Virus record (IMG/VR): IMGVR_UViG_3300047378_000193
Coordinates: 1 to 52,611 of that record
Length of the DNA stretch: 52,611 bases
Strand: one strand, 5' to 3'
From: a virus
Lineage: Duplodnaviria > Caudoviricetes
Shown: positions 18,890 through 28,442 of the stretch, one piece after another
Layout: each line of letters starts with the position of its first letter
Position numbering within the stretch: the stretch's first letter is position 1
Position numbers and translations under genes: made by a program
Notes under the pieces: generated by a model
Seen by the model: only the letters and a program-made list of their open reading frames with translations
Told to the model about the DNA's origin: nothing
Database searches by the model: none

Positions 18890-19156
18890 ATGTTAAAAAT
18901 CAAAGAAGAACAATTAGAAAAAATTAAAGAGCAACAAGGTAGGCTTCAAAACGTGTTAACTGATATAGGAGTTATCGAAGTTCGTAAACATGAAACATTA
19001 CATGCTCAAGCAGCTATTTCTCAGGAAATACATGAAACTAAGAAAGAACTCGAAGAAGAGTATGGAGCTATCAATATCGATATGACAGATGGTAGTTATA
19101 CTTTAATTGAACAAGAACAAGAAGCTGAATTATCAGTTGTTAAATCAGAAGACTAA
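18890..19156 (+). CDS. Coiled-coil hypothetical protein
   Basis: 88 aa, E/Q/K-rich; ends in YG.INI..DGSY. Confidence 0.75.
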   Translation: MLKIKEEQLEKIKEQQGRLQNVLTDIGVIEVRKHETLHAQAAISQEIHETKKELEEEYGAINIDMTDGSYTLIEQEQEAELSVVKSED

Positions 19157-19383
19157 TGAGTTCTGTAATTAGAAAAATAAGTATAGGTTCTGATTACAAA
19201 AATGATGCAATGCATTACGCTGTAAGTCAGCAAGTTTATGGAGGTCATACTATATCAGCTATACTATACTCCGAAGAAGATGACTCTTACAGTATATATA
19301 TTAAAAAGAAAGACGAGATAATGCCATGGAAGAAGTTTAATTCTAACATGGCTATATCCGTTGAATACGACTTAGAATATTAA
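19156..19383 (+). CDS. Hypothetical protein
   Basis: 75 aa; TAATG-coupled on both sides. Confidence 0.75.
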   Translation: MSSVIRKISIGSDYKNDAMHYAVSQQVYGGHTISAILYSEEDDSYSIYIKKKDEIMPWKKFNSNMAISVEYDLEY

Positions 19384-19988
19384 TGAATAGTTTATTTGAC
19401 TTTATCGTAAAACCCATAAAAAAGAGATACGACAACGAAATCAAAGTAGGTGACAAAAGCCTAATAACTAATGCAAATACTGAAGACTTTAAAGCTGTTA
19501 GCAATAAAGCTGTTGTAGTCTCTACTCCATCAGCTTATAAAACGCTTATTAAAAAAGGCGATATTGTTATTATACATCACAACGTTTTTAGAAGTTTTTT
19601 TGACATTAGAGGTAAAAGAAAAGATAGTAGATCTAAATTTATAAATGATCTATACTTTTGTTCACCTGATCAAATATATTTATACAAAAACTCTGGTCAT
19701 TGGAAATCTTTTCAAGATAGATGCTTTGTAAAACCATTGTTAGATAATAATGATCTAACGCTGGATAAAGAGAGAAAGCTTATAGGAATACTAAAATATG
19801 GTAATAGTTCCTTAGAAGCCGTTAAAATTGCTCCTGGAGACTTAGTAGGTTATACGCCTTACGGTGAGTTTGAATTTATAATTGATGGAGAGCGATTATA
19901 TTGTATGAAATCAAATGATATTGTAATTAAATATGAATACAAAGGAGACGAAGAAGAGTATAATCCAAGCTGGGCAAGCAGCAGTTGA
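19383..19988 (+). CDS. Tandem double GroES-like protein
   Basis: Two units starting FIVKP and CFVKP, each with a GD-hydrophobic motif (KKGDIV, PGDLV); C-terminal EFIIDGERLYCMKSNDI parallels GroES EVKIDGEEYLILRESDI. Confidence 0.7.
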   Translation: MNSLFDFIVKPIKKRYDNEIKVGDKSLITNANTEDFKAVSNKAVVVSTPSAYKTLIKKGDIVIIHHNVFRSFFDIRGKRKDSRSKFINDLYFCSPDQIYLYKNSGHWKSFQDRCFVKPLLDNNDLTLDKERKLIGILKYGNSSLEAVKIAPGDLVGYTPYGEFEFIIDGERLYCMKSNDIVIKYEYKGDEEEYNPSWASSS

Positions 19989-20205
19989 AGAATTGATAAA
20001 GGTAGCTAAAGAAGCTATTGTAGATTCTGATGATGATATTTCTGCTGACAGATTGAAAAACGCTGCAGCTACAAAAAAACTAGCTATATTTGATGCTTTT
20101 GAAATACTTAAACGTATTGAAGACGAAGAGAATATGCTTAACGAAAAACCTGTAGAAAAGAAAGAAAAAGCTTTTAAAGGTTTTGCAGAAGGAAGATCCA
20201 AGTAA
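19933..20205 (+). CDS. Putative terminase small subunit
   Basis: 90-aa helical protein coupled directly to terL; positional call. Confidence 0.55.
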   Translation: MNTKETKKSIIQAGQAAVEELIKVAKEAIVDSDDDISADRLKNAAATKKLAIFDAFEILKRIEDEENMLNEKPVEKKEKAFKGFAEGRSK

Positions 20206-22415
20206 TGTACGAGCAATCACTATATAAAATACTACCTAATTATATAAAACCTAAAGTTTTAAATAAAAACAACAGGTATAACAAGTGGGCTTACGGTTAT
20301 AACAGTGAATTTGATATGATTGTTATCAGCAAGACTGGTAAGATAGGTGAAATTTACGAAATACAAAACATAAAAATAGCTTTACCTAAAGATGAAGACG
20401 TTGTCGCGTTCGAAGGAAATAAATGGAAACACATTGAATATCCTAAAGAGCTTTCAAAGATAAAATCAGTATTTGATTGGGACGAGCATCCTGTGCAATT
20501 TAAAGAAAAATGGTATGACTATATTGACGAAGAGTTTAAAAGACGTGAAAAAGGTTTTTGGTTTTATAACAAAGATAAGCCTTGTTACATTACTGGTACT
20601 CACTACATGTACCTGCAGTGGTCCAAAATTGATGTTGGGCAGCCAAACTTCAGGGAATCGAACAGATTATTCTTTATATTCTGGGAAGCTTGCAAAGCAG
20701 ATGTACGTTGTTACGGAATGTGCTATCTTAAGAACAGACGGTCAGGGTTTTCTTTCATGGCCTCAGGCGAGACGGTTAATCAAGCTACAATATCCACAGA
20801 CTCTAGATTCGGAATTTTATCAAAGTCTGGCCCAGATGCGAAAAAGATGTTTACTGATAAAGTTGTACCCATCTCGGTTAATTATCCCTTCTTCTTCAAA
20901 CCAATCCAGGACGGTATGGACAGGCCGAAGACGGAGCTTGCCTATAGAGTACCCGCGTCAAAATTCACCAGAAAAAAACTTGACACCAATGAAAAGCTAC
21001 AGGAAATCACCGGGCTCGATACAACGATCGACTGGAAGAACACCGGGGACAACTCGTACGACGGTGAAAAATTAAAGCTTTTAGTTCACGATGAGAGTGG
21101 AAAGTGGGAAAAACCTACAAATATACTAAACAACTGGAGAGTTACAAAAACCTGTTTAAGATTAGGTTCTAGAGTTATAGGTAAGTGTATGATGGGAAGC
21201 ACGTCAAATGCTTTAGATAAAGGTGGGGAGAATTTTAAAAAATTATATTATGATTCCGACGCAACAAAAAGAAACCGCAACGGACAGACTAGCTCGGGAC
21301 TATATAGTTTGTTCATTCCTATGGAGTGGAACTACGAAGGATTCATTGATTCTCATGGATTACCTGTATTCGATACACCGGAAGAGGAAGTTTTAGATCC
21401 TTTAGGTGATATTATAAATCAAGGAGTAATAGAACATTGGCAGAATGAAGTTGATGGCTTGAAAGATGATCAAGACGGATTAAATGAATACTATAGGCAG
21501 TTTCCAAGAACAGAGGAACACGCTTTTAGGGATGAGGCTAAAGAGTCTTTATTTAATCTAACTAAAATATATGAGCAAATAGATTATAATGCTGATCTAC
21601 AGAATACTTCTACTGTAACAACAGGTAGTTTTATGTGGGAAAACGGGGTAAAAGACAGTAGAGTATTGTTTTACCCTAACAAAGATGGAAGATTTAAAAT
21701 ATCTTGGGTTCCACAGGTTGAATTACAAAATAGAATAGTTGTTAAAAATGGTATTAAATACCCTGGTAACGAGCACTGTGGAGCTTTTGGCTGTGATAGT
21801 TATGATATATCAGGTACTGTTGATAAAAGAGGTTCTAATGGATCTCTACACGGTTTAACAAAATTCTCTATGGAAAACGTACCACCAAATGTATTTTTTC
21901 TAGAGTATATAGCTAGACCTCAAACTGCTGAGATATTTTTTGAAGATGTGTTAATGGCTTGTGTATTTTACGGTATGCCTATATTAGCAGAGAATAATAA
22001 ACCTAGATTATTGTATCATTTTAAAAGAAGAGGATATAGAGGTTTTTCAATGAATAGGCCAGATAAAATATATAATAAATTATCTATAACTGAAAGAGAA
22101 ATTGGTGGTATACCTAACTCTAGTGAAGATATAAAACAAGCACACGCTGCAGCTATAGAATCATATATAGAAGAGAACGTAGGTAACACACCTAATGGTT
22201 ATGGTAGTATGTATTTTCAGAGAACATTAGAAGACTGGGCTAAATTTAATATAAATAACAGAACAAAACACGATGCTTCTATAAGTTCCGGTTTAGCTAT
22301 AATGGCTTGTAACAAGAATAGATATATGCCTACCGCTAAAAGAGAACGTAAAAATATAGACTTAGGTATAAAACGATACGATAACAAAGGAATGTCGTCA
22401 AAAATTATAAGATAA
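20205..22415 (+). CDS. terL: Terminase large subunit
   Basis: Walker A-like KNRRSGFS; Walker B LLVHDESGK; GSTSN coupling motif; nuclease motifs FGCDSYD and HDASIS. Confidence 0.93.
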   Translation: MYEQSLYKILPNYIKPKVLNKNNRYNKWAYGYNSEFDMIVISKTGKIGEIYEIQNIKIALPKDEDVVAFEGNKWKHIEYPKELSKIKSVFDWDEHPVQFKEKWYDYIDEEFKRREKGFWFYNKDKPCYITGTHYMYLQWSKIDVGQPNFRESNRLFFIFWEACKADVRCYGMCYLKNRRSGFSFMASGETVNQATISTDSRFGILSKSGPDAKKMFTDKVVPISVNYPFFFKPIQDGMDRPKTELAYRVPASKFTRKKLDTNEKLQEITGLDTTIDWKNTGDNSYDGEKLKLLVHDESGKWEKPTNILNNWRVTKTCLRLGSRVIGKCMMGSTSNALDKGGENFKKLYYDSDATKRNRNGQTSSGLYSLFIPMEWNYEGFIDSHGLPVFDTPEEEVLDPLGDIINQGVIEHWQNEVDGLKDDQDGLNEYYRQFPRTEEHAFRDEAKESLFNLTKIYEQIDYNADLQNTSTVTTGSFMWENGVKDSRVLFYPNKDGRFKISWVPQVELQNRIVVKNGIKYPGNEHCGAFGCDSYDISGTVDKRGSNGSLHGLTKFSMENVPPNVFFLEYIARPQTAEIFFEDVLMACVFYGMPILAENNKPRLLYHFKRRGYRGFSMNRPDKIYNKLSITEREIGGIPNSSEDIKQAHAAAIESYIEENVGNTPNGYGSMYFQRTLEDWAKFNINNRTKHDASISSGLAIMACNKNRYMPTAKRERKNIDLGIKRYDNKGMSSKIIR
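20473..21075 (+). CDS. Candidate overprinted +1-frame gene inside terL (signal-peptide or lipoprotein-like N-terminus)
   Basis: 200 stop-free codons; local shift to C/G third positions in terL; likely start ATG 20515. Confidence 0.45.
   Translation: MIGTSILCNLKKNGMTILTKSLKDVKKVFGFITKISLVTLLVLTTCTCSGPKLMLGSQTSGNRTDYSLYSGKLAKQMYVVTECAILRTDGQGFLSWPQARRLIKLQYPQTLDSEFYQSLAQMRKRCLLIKLYPSRLIIPSSSNQSRTVWTGRRRSLPIEYPRQNSPEKNLTPMKSYRKSPGSIQRSTGRTPGTTRTTVKN
21250..21396 (+). CDS. Second candidate +1-frame ORF inside terL (48 aa)
   Basis: MIPTQQKETATDRLARDYIVCSFLWSGTTKDSLILMDYLYSIHRKRKF; coincides with a GC-richer patch. Confidence 0.3.
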   Translation: MIPTQQKETATDRLARDYIVCSFLWSGTTKDSLILMDYLYSIHRKRKF

Positions 22416-24806
22416 ATGAAAGTATACACCAATGGTAATAGCTCTTTCCCTAGCCAAGTAGTTAGCGATGAAGTCAAAGCAAGCTTAGATTATGGTATTC
22501 AAGTAGCTAGGGCTATCGAGGGAGAGTGGTTTCAAGAAGGTCGTTCTGGAAACAGATACGCTCAAAGCTATAGCAGTTACCACCAACTTAGATTATACGC
22601 TAGAGGTGAGCAATCTATAGCGAAGTATAAAGATGAGTTATCAATAAATGGTGATTTATCTTATTTAAATTTAGACTGGAAACCAGTACCAGTTATACCT
22701 AAGTTTGTAGATATCGTAGTCAACGGGATGTCTAATAAAGAATACGATATAGTTGCTTACGCGCAAGATCCTGAAAGTCAAAAGAAAAGAACAGATCATG
22801 CTAATGAGATAGCGGCAGATATGGTTGCTCAAGACTTGATACAGCAAGCAAAAGAAAACACTGGATTAGATTTTTCAAGATCAAAATTAAAACAAGACGA
22901 ACTACCTTCTAACCTTGAAGAGCTAGAGTTGCATATGCAATTATCTTATAAACAAGGTGTTGAAGTTGCTGAAGAAGAAGTTATAAACAACACTTTAGCT
23001 AGAAATAAATATAATCTAACAAGACGTAGATTAAATCATGATTTAACAGTCTTAGGTATAGCTGCGGTAAAAACAGGTTTTAACCCTTCAAACGGAGTTA
23101 CTATAGATTATGTTGATCCAGCTTATATGGTTTACTCGTATACTGAAGACCCTAACTTTGAAGACATATACTATGTTGGTGAAGTAAAATCCATAACTAT
23201 ATCTGAATTAAAAAAGCAGTTTCCAAACATATCTGAAGAAGAATTAGATTCTATACAGAAAATGCCTGGCAACTCTCAATACGTAACAGGTTGGGGTAAC
23301 TATGACTCAAACACTGTTCAAGTCATGTATTTTGAATACAAGACTTATATGAACCAAGTGTTTAAAATAAAAACAACAGACAGTGGTTTGGAAAAAGCTA
23401 TAGAAAAAACAGATAGCTTTAATCCACCGTCTAATGACAATTTTGAAAGAGTAAGTAGAAGTATAGAGGTTTTATACACTGGTGCTAAGGTTTTAGGTAA
23501 CAACCATATGCTAGAGTGGAAACTAGCTGAAAACATGTCTAGACCTTATGCTGATACAACAAAGGTGGAGATGAACTATTCTATATGCGCACCTAGAATA
23601 TACAAAGGAAGAATAGAATCTATAGTTAGTAGAATAACTGGTTTTGCTGATATGATTCAGTTGACACACTTAAAACTACAGCAAGTGATGTCTAGAATAG
23701 TACCTGACGGTGTGTTCTTGGATATGGACGGTTTAGCAGAAGTTGACTTAGGTAACGGTACAACTTATAACCCAGCTGAAGCTTTAAATATGTATTTCCA
23801 AACAGGTAGTGTTGTAGGTAGATCGCTTACACAAGACGGTTCTCTAAACGCTGGTAAAATACCTGTTCAAGAATTAGCATCATCATCAGGACAATCTAAA
23901 ATACAAAGTTTAATAGGTACTTATCAGTACTATCTACAGATGATAAGAGATGTAACTGGTTTAAACGAAGCTAGAGATGCTTCTACTCCAGACAAAGATT
24001 CTTTATTAGGTTTACAGAAAATGGCTGTAAACGCTTCAAATACAGCTACTAGGCACTTGATGCAGGCTCAGTTGTTTTTAACTTTAAGAGTTTGCGAGAA
24101 TATTTCTTTGAAAATTGCTGATTCTTTATCATACCCATTAACGGCTAATTCATTAAAGCAAAGTATATCTAATTACAACTTTCAAACCCTTAAGGAAATT
24201 GAAAGCTTAAACTTACATGATTTTGGTATATATCTAGAATTAGAACCTGACGAAGAAGAAAAAGCTAAACTAGAGCAAAACTTACAAATAGCACTTCAGA
24301 CTCAAAGTATAGATCTTGACGACGTTATAGATATACGACAAGTTAGGAACTTAAAAATGGCTAATCAGTTATTAAAGCTTAAAAAGAAAAAGCGTCATCA
24401 ACTAAAAATGGCTGAGCAACAGGCTAATATTCAAGCTCAAGCACAAGCAAATGCTCAAGCAGCGGAGAAAGCAGCGATGGCTGAAGTACAAAAACAGCAA
24501 GCACTTACTCAAGAGAAAGTTAGTGTAGAGCAAGCTAAGTCACAGTTTGAAATACAGAGAATGCAGACAGAAGCTCAAATAAAGAAAGAGTTAATGGCTG
24601 AAGAATTTAATTACCAATTCCAGCTAGCTAAAATAAAAATCGATGCAGAAAAAAGCAAAGATGCTGAAATAGAAGATCGTAAAGACGAAAGAACAAGAAT
24701 ACAAGCTACACAGCAATCAAAAATGATAGCTCAAAGACAGAACGATGAGTTACCTAAAGATTTTGAATCATCAGCTTTTGATGACTTAAATGGCTTTGGT
24801 TTATAG
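22416..24806 (+). CDS. Portal protein
   Basis: 796 aa directly after terL; PVIPKFVDIVV; TGLNEARD; long Q/A/E-rich coiled-coil C-terminus as in P22- and crAss-type portals. Confidence 0.85.
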   Translation: MKVYTNGNSSFPSQVVSDEVKASLDYGIQVARAIEGEWFQEGRSGNRYAQSYSSYHQLRLYARGEQSIAKYKDELSINGDLSYLNLDWKPVPVIPKFVDIVVNGMSNKEYDIVAYAQDPESQKKRTDHANEIAADMVAQDLIQQAKENTGLDFSRSKLKQDELPSNLEELELHMQLSYKQGVEVAEEEVINNTLARNKYNLTRRRLNHDLTVLGIAAVKTGFNPSNGVTIDYVDPAYMVYSYTEDPNFEDIYYVGEVKSITISELKKQFPNISEEELDSIQKMPGNSQYVTGWGNYDSNTVQVMYFEYKTYMNQVFKIKTTDSGLEKAIEKTDSFNPPSNDNFERVSRSIEVLYTGAKVLGNNHMLEWKLAENMSRPYADTTKVEMNYSICAPRIYKGRIESIVSRITGFADMIQLTHLKLQQVMSRIVPDGVFLDMDGLAEVDLGNGTTYNPAEALNMYFQTGSVVGRSLTQDGSLNAGKIPVQELASSSGQSKIQSLIGTYQYYLQMIRDVTGLNEARDASTPDKDSLLGLQKMAVNASNTATRHLMQAQLFLTLRVCENISLKIADSLSYPLTANSLKQSISNYNFQTLKEIESLNLHDFGIYLELEPDEEEKAKLEQNLQIALQTQSIDLDDVIDIRQVRNLKMANQLLKLKKKKRHQLKMAEQQANIQAQAQANAQAAEKAAMAEVQKQQALTQEKVSVEQAKSQFEIQRMQTEAQIKKELMAEEFNYQFQLAKIKIDAEKSKDAEIEDRKDERTRIQATQQSKMIAQRQNDELPKDFESSAFDDLNGFGL

Positions 24807-24857
24807 TAGCTAGCTTTAATTAAAAGCAAATTTTTAACTATTTAATTATATTATATT

Positions 24858-26021
24858 ATGTCACAAGAAAAACAAGAGGGAGATTTCTCCTTAAAGGGTA
24901 AAAAAATTAAACCTAAAAATTTAGGTAAAACGCAAAGCGAACCTATAAAAGTTGATTTATCTAAAAACAGTGAGGAGCAAGATGTTACTAAAGTAGTAAT
25001 TAACGCTGAAGAAGATACAACAGAGGGGGTTGTTCAAGAGGTTGTTGAGGAGGTTGTTGAAGAAAAAAACCTTCAAGAACAAGAAACAGTACAAGAAGAT
25101 ACACCTATTATACAGGAAGTAACTAACGAAGAAACTGAAGATGAAGCAGAAGTATTAGAGGAGCAGTTAGAACAAGCTATAGTCGAGCAAAAAGCTGGGA
25201 TTGATTTGCCAGAAAATATTGAAAAGTTAGTTTCATTTATGAAGGAGACTGGTGGTACAATAAACGACTATGTTAGATTAAACGCTGATTACTCTAATGT
25301 CGATAATGATACATTACTTAAAGAGTATTACAAAAAAACAAAACCTTACTTAGATAGTGAGGATTTAAGTCTTTTACTTGAGGATTTTTCTTATGATGAA
25401 GAAATAGACGAAGAAAGAGATATACGCAAGAAGAAACTTGCATTTAAAGAAGAAGTTGCGAAAGCTAGAAGTTTTTTGGAGGAAACAAAGAGTAAGTACT
25501 ACGACGAGATCAAGTTGAGACCGGGCGTAACTCAAGAACAACAAAAAGCTGTAGACTTTTTCAATAGATATAACGAAGAGCAAGGCAAAGCTGAGCAACA
25601 ACATGAGTTATTCAAGGACCAAACTAAAAAACTATTCTCACAAGATTTCAAAGGTTTTGATTTCAATTTAGGAGATAAGAAATTCAGGTATGGTGTAAAG
25701 GACCCTAGTAAAGTTGCAGAAACCCAGTCAAACATTAATAACATCGTAGGGAAGTTCCTTAATCAAGATGGTAGTGTTAAAGACCCAGCGGGTTATCACA
25801 AAGCAATGTACGCCGCTGCTAATGTCGATACTATTGCTAATCATTTTTACGAACAAGGAAAAGCTGATGCTGTTAAACAAGTTGTAGACAGTTCAAAAAA
25901 TCCAAGTCAAACCTTAAGGCAATCGCCTCAAACAGGTTTTAAAGATGGTATCAAAGTAAAGGTGTTAAACGAGGATGCTTTAAGTTCATCGAAATTAAGA
26001 ATAAAAAAAATAAAAATTTAA
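24858..26021 (+). CDS. Putative capsid scaffolding protein
   Basis: Very acidic N-terminal half; located between portal and capsid. Confidence 0.7.
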   Translation: MSQEKQEGDFSLKGKKIKPKNLGKTQSEPIKVDLSKNSEEQDVTKVVINAEEDTTEGVVQEVVEEVVEEKNLQEQETVQEDTPIIQEVTNEETEDEAEVLEEQLEQAIVEQKAGIDLPENIEKLVSFMKETGGTINDYVRLNADYSNVDNDTLLKEYYKKTKPYLDSEDLSLLLEDFSYDEEIDEERDIRKKKLAFKEEVAKARSFLEETKSKYYDEIKLRPGVTQEQQKAVDFFNRYNEEQGKAEQQHELFKDQTKKLFSQDFKGFDFNLGDKKFRYGVKDPSKVAETQSNINNIVGKFLNQDGSVKDPAGYHKAMYAAANVDTIANHFYEQGKADAVKQVVDSSKNPSQTLRQSPQTGFKDGIKVKVLNEDALSSSKLRIKKIKI

Positions 26022-26040
26022 CATTTAAAATCATTTAAAA

Positions 26041-27468
26041 ATGGCATTAAACAACGCATTCGGTTCAATTAAGCCGAGTCAAAAACAACAATTACTGTCT
26101 GATAACTATTTAAGTTTTACAGACGGATCAGGAAACGATTTTGCACAACAATATCTACCTGAAATTTATGAACAAGAAGTAGAGCGTTATGGAAACAGAA
26201 CGTTATCTGGATTCTTACGTATGGTAGGTGCTGAAATGCCTATGAGCTCTGATCAAGTAGTATGGTCTGAACAAAACAGATTACACGTTGCTTACAATGA
26301 CGTAACTGTTGCTACAGCAACTACTTTGACGTTTGCTATTGGAGCGGCGACTGAAGTAAACAACGTTATTTCTAAAAACGACACTATTGTAGTTATGGAT
26401 CCATCTAATGGATTAGAAGTAACAGCATTGGTAACAGATAGTGTTAATACGTCTGCTACTTTAGCTACTCTTACAGTTGCTACTTATACTGGAGCTGATC
26501 TTGACGCTACTTTCAACGTTGCTGATACTGGACTTAAGATTTTCGTATATGGATCTGAGTACAAAAAAGGAACTGGAGACGCTGATATTAAATCAATCAC
26601 TCCTTCTTTTACGCAGTTTTCTAATTCACCTATCATCATTAAAGACAAATACGCTATCTCTGGATCTGACGCTGCTCAGATTGGATGGGTTGAAGTTGCT
26701 ACTGAAGATGGAACTGGAGGATATTTATGGTATCTAAAAGCTGAATCTGAAACTAGATTACGTTTTGAAGATTACTTAGAAATGTCTGTAGTTGAGGGAA
26801 CTAAAGCTGCTGCTGGATCAGGGGTTGCTGCTATCGCTGGAGATGTTAAGTACAAAGGAACTGAAGGTTTATTTGCTGCTGTAAAATCAAGAGGTAACAT
26901 TTATTCTGGATTTGCACCTGCTGCTGGGGTATTAACGGATTTTGACGCTATACTTAAAAACTTAGATACTCAAGGAGCTATCGAAGAAAATATGTTATTC
27001 GTTAATCGTCAACTTTCTTTAACTATCGACAATATGTTAGGTGGAGTATCTGCTGGACCAAACGGTGGTGTTGCTTATGGGTTATTTGAAAATTCAGAAG
27101 ACATGGCATTAAACTTAGGTTTCTCAGGATTCAGAAGAGGTTCTTATGACTTCTACAAGACTGACTGGAAATACTTAAACGATGCATCTACAAGAGGAGC
27201 TGTTTCTGACGCAGGTATCGAAGGTATCTTAGTACCAGCTGGAACTTCTACAGTTTATGATCAAATTTTAGGAACTAACATTAGAAGACCTTTCTTACAC
27301 GTACGTTATAGAGCATCTCAAAGTGATGACAGACGTATGAAGTCTTGGTTAACTGGATCTGTTGGTGGAGCTTACACTTCTGATCTTGACGCAATGGAAG
27401 TACACTTCTTATCTGAAAGATGTTTATGTGTACAAGCAGCAAACAATTTCGTATTGTTTACTGACTAA
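26041..27468 (+). CDS. Major capsid protein
   Basis: 475 aa; codon usage of a highly expressed gene; follows the scaffold and precedes a strong terminator. Confidence 0.85.
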   Translation: MALNNAFGSIKPSQKQQLLSDNYLSFTDGSGNDFAQQYLPEIYEQEVERYGNRTLSGFLRMVGAEMPMSSDQVVWSEQNRLHVAYNDVTVATATTLTFAIGAATEVNNVISKNDTIVVMDPSNGLEVTALVTDSVNTSATLATLTVATYTGADLDATFNVADTGLKIFVYGSEYKKGTGDADIKSITPSFTQFSNSPIIIKDKYAISGSDAAQIGWVEVATEDGTGGYLWYLKAESETRLRFEDYLEMSVVEGTKAAAGSGVAAIAGDVKYKGTEGLFAAVKSRGNIYSGFAPAAGVLTDFDAILKNLDTQGAIEENMLFVNRQLSLTIDNMLGGVSAGPNGGVAYGLFENSEDMALNLGFSGFRRGSYDFYKTDWKYLNDASTRGAVSDAGIEGILVPAGTSTVYDQILGTNIRRPFLHVRYRASQSDDRRMKSWLTGSVGGAYTSDLDAMEVHFLSERCLCVQAANNFVLFTD

Positions 27469-27485
27469 TACAAGAGTAAATTACT

Positions 27486-27531
27486 GTAATTTTTACCCTC
27501 GTTATATCAACGGGGGTAATTATTACCTTTA
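27486..27531 (+). terminator. Intrinsic terminator after the capsid gene
   Basis: TTACCCTCGTT-ATATC-AACGGGGGTAA stem followed by a T-rich tail. Confidence 0.75.
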
Positions 27532-27555
27532 TTAACATTTTTATTATATTATATT

Positions 27556-28374
27556 ATGGCAAATCAAGCTAAAAAAGCAGTAGTAAAAGCAGAGGTTGCA
27601 CCTCAGCATATTAAAACAAAACAAGCACCAGCTGAACCAAAATGGGAGATAAAAGATAGAACTTATATTTTAAAGGGTTCATACACTCCATTAACAGCTA
27701 CTCTACCGTCTAGACACTCTAGTAGATTCCCTTTACTATGGTTCGATGAAAAAACCGGGGAGCAAAAAGAATTAAGATACGCAACCAATCAAAATTCACC
27801 ACTTGTAGAAAAACAAAAAGGTGAATCAACACTTGGTCATGTGGTATTTAAAAACGGTACTTTATTTGTACCTAAACAAAAACAAAATTTACAGAAATTA
27901 CTATCTATTTACCACCCTTCTCTAAATGTTAAATACTATGAATTTAGCAAAGTAGAAAAAGCTACTGACGATCTAGTTTATTTAGAAATGGAAATAGAAG
28001 CTTTAAATGCGGCTAAGTCAATGGATGTTGATCAAGCAGAAGCTATATTAAGAGTAGAAGTAGGATCTGAGGTTTCAAAAATGACTAGTAGAGAAATAAA
28101 AAGAGATCTTTTAATGTTTGCTAAGAGCAATCCAGATTTATTTATCGATCTAGCTAATGATGAAAACGTACAATTAAGAAACTTTGCTATTAAAGCGACA
28201 GAAGCAGCTATAATTAAATTATCTGCAGACCAAAGAACTTTTGTTTGGGCTTCTAATGGAAAGAAACTTATGACAGTACCTTTTGATGAGCACCCATACT
28301 CAGCTATGGCGGCTTTCTTTAAAACAGATGAAGGCTTAGAAGTTTTCAAATCTATAGAGAAAAAGTTTCTATAA
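27556..28374 (+). CDS. Conserved hypothetical protein downstream of the capsid gene
   Basis: 272 aa; clean ORF with an ATTATATTATATT leader. Confidence 0.8.
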   Translation: MANQAKKAVVKAEVAPQHIKTKQAPAEPKWEIKDRTYILKGSYTPLTATLPSRHSSRFPLLWFDEKTGEQKELRYATNQNSPLVEKQKGESTLGHVVFKNGTLFVPKQKQNLQKLLSIYHPSLNVKYYEFSKVEKATDDLVYLEMEIEALNAAKSMDVDQAEAILRVEVGSEVSKMTSREIKRDLLMFAKSNPDLFIDLANDENVQLRNFAIKATEAAIIKLSADQRTFVWASNGKKLMTVPFDEHPYSAMAAFFKTDEGLEVFKSIEKKFL

Positions 28375-28392
28375 CATGTAATACTAATATAT

Positions 28393-28416
28393 AGAAGATC
28401 GCTTCGGCGGTCTTCT
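28393..28416 (+). other. Stable cUUCGg hairpin (terminator or 5' stabiliser)
   Basis: AGAAGATCGC-TTCG-GCGGTCTTCT; weak U-tract; just downstream of promoter-like CATGTAATACTA (28375-28386). Confidence 0.65.
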
Positions 28417-28442
28417 CTGTATTATAATAAAAAAACTAACAA

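Noticed and set aside
26477-26737. +1 ORFs of 62-86 aa in the capsid, groEL, fibre, stabilisation and mid-nrdB genes
   Set aside because: Leu-rich products are expected from T-ending codon bias, the lengths look like background, and there is no clear compositional anomaly
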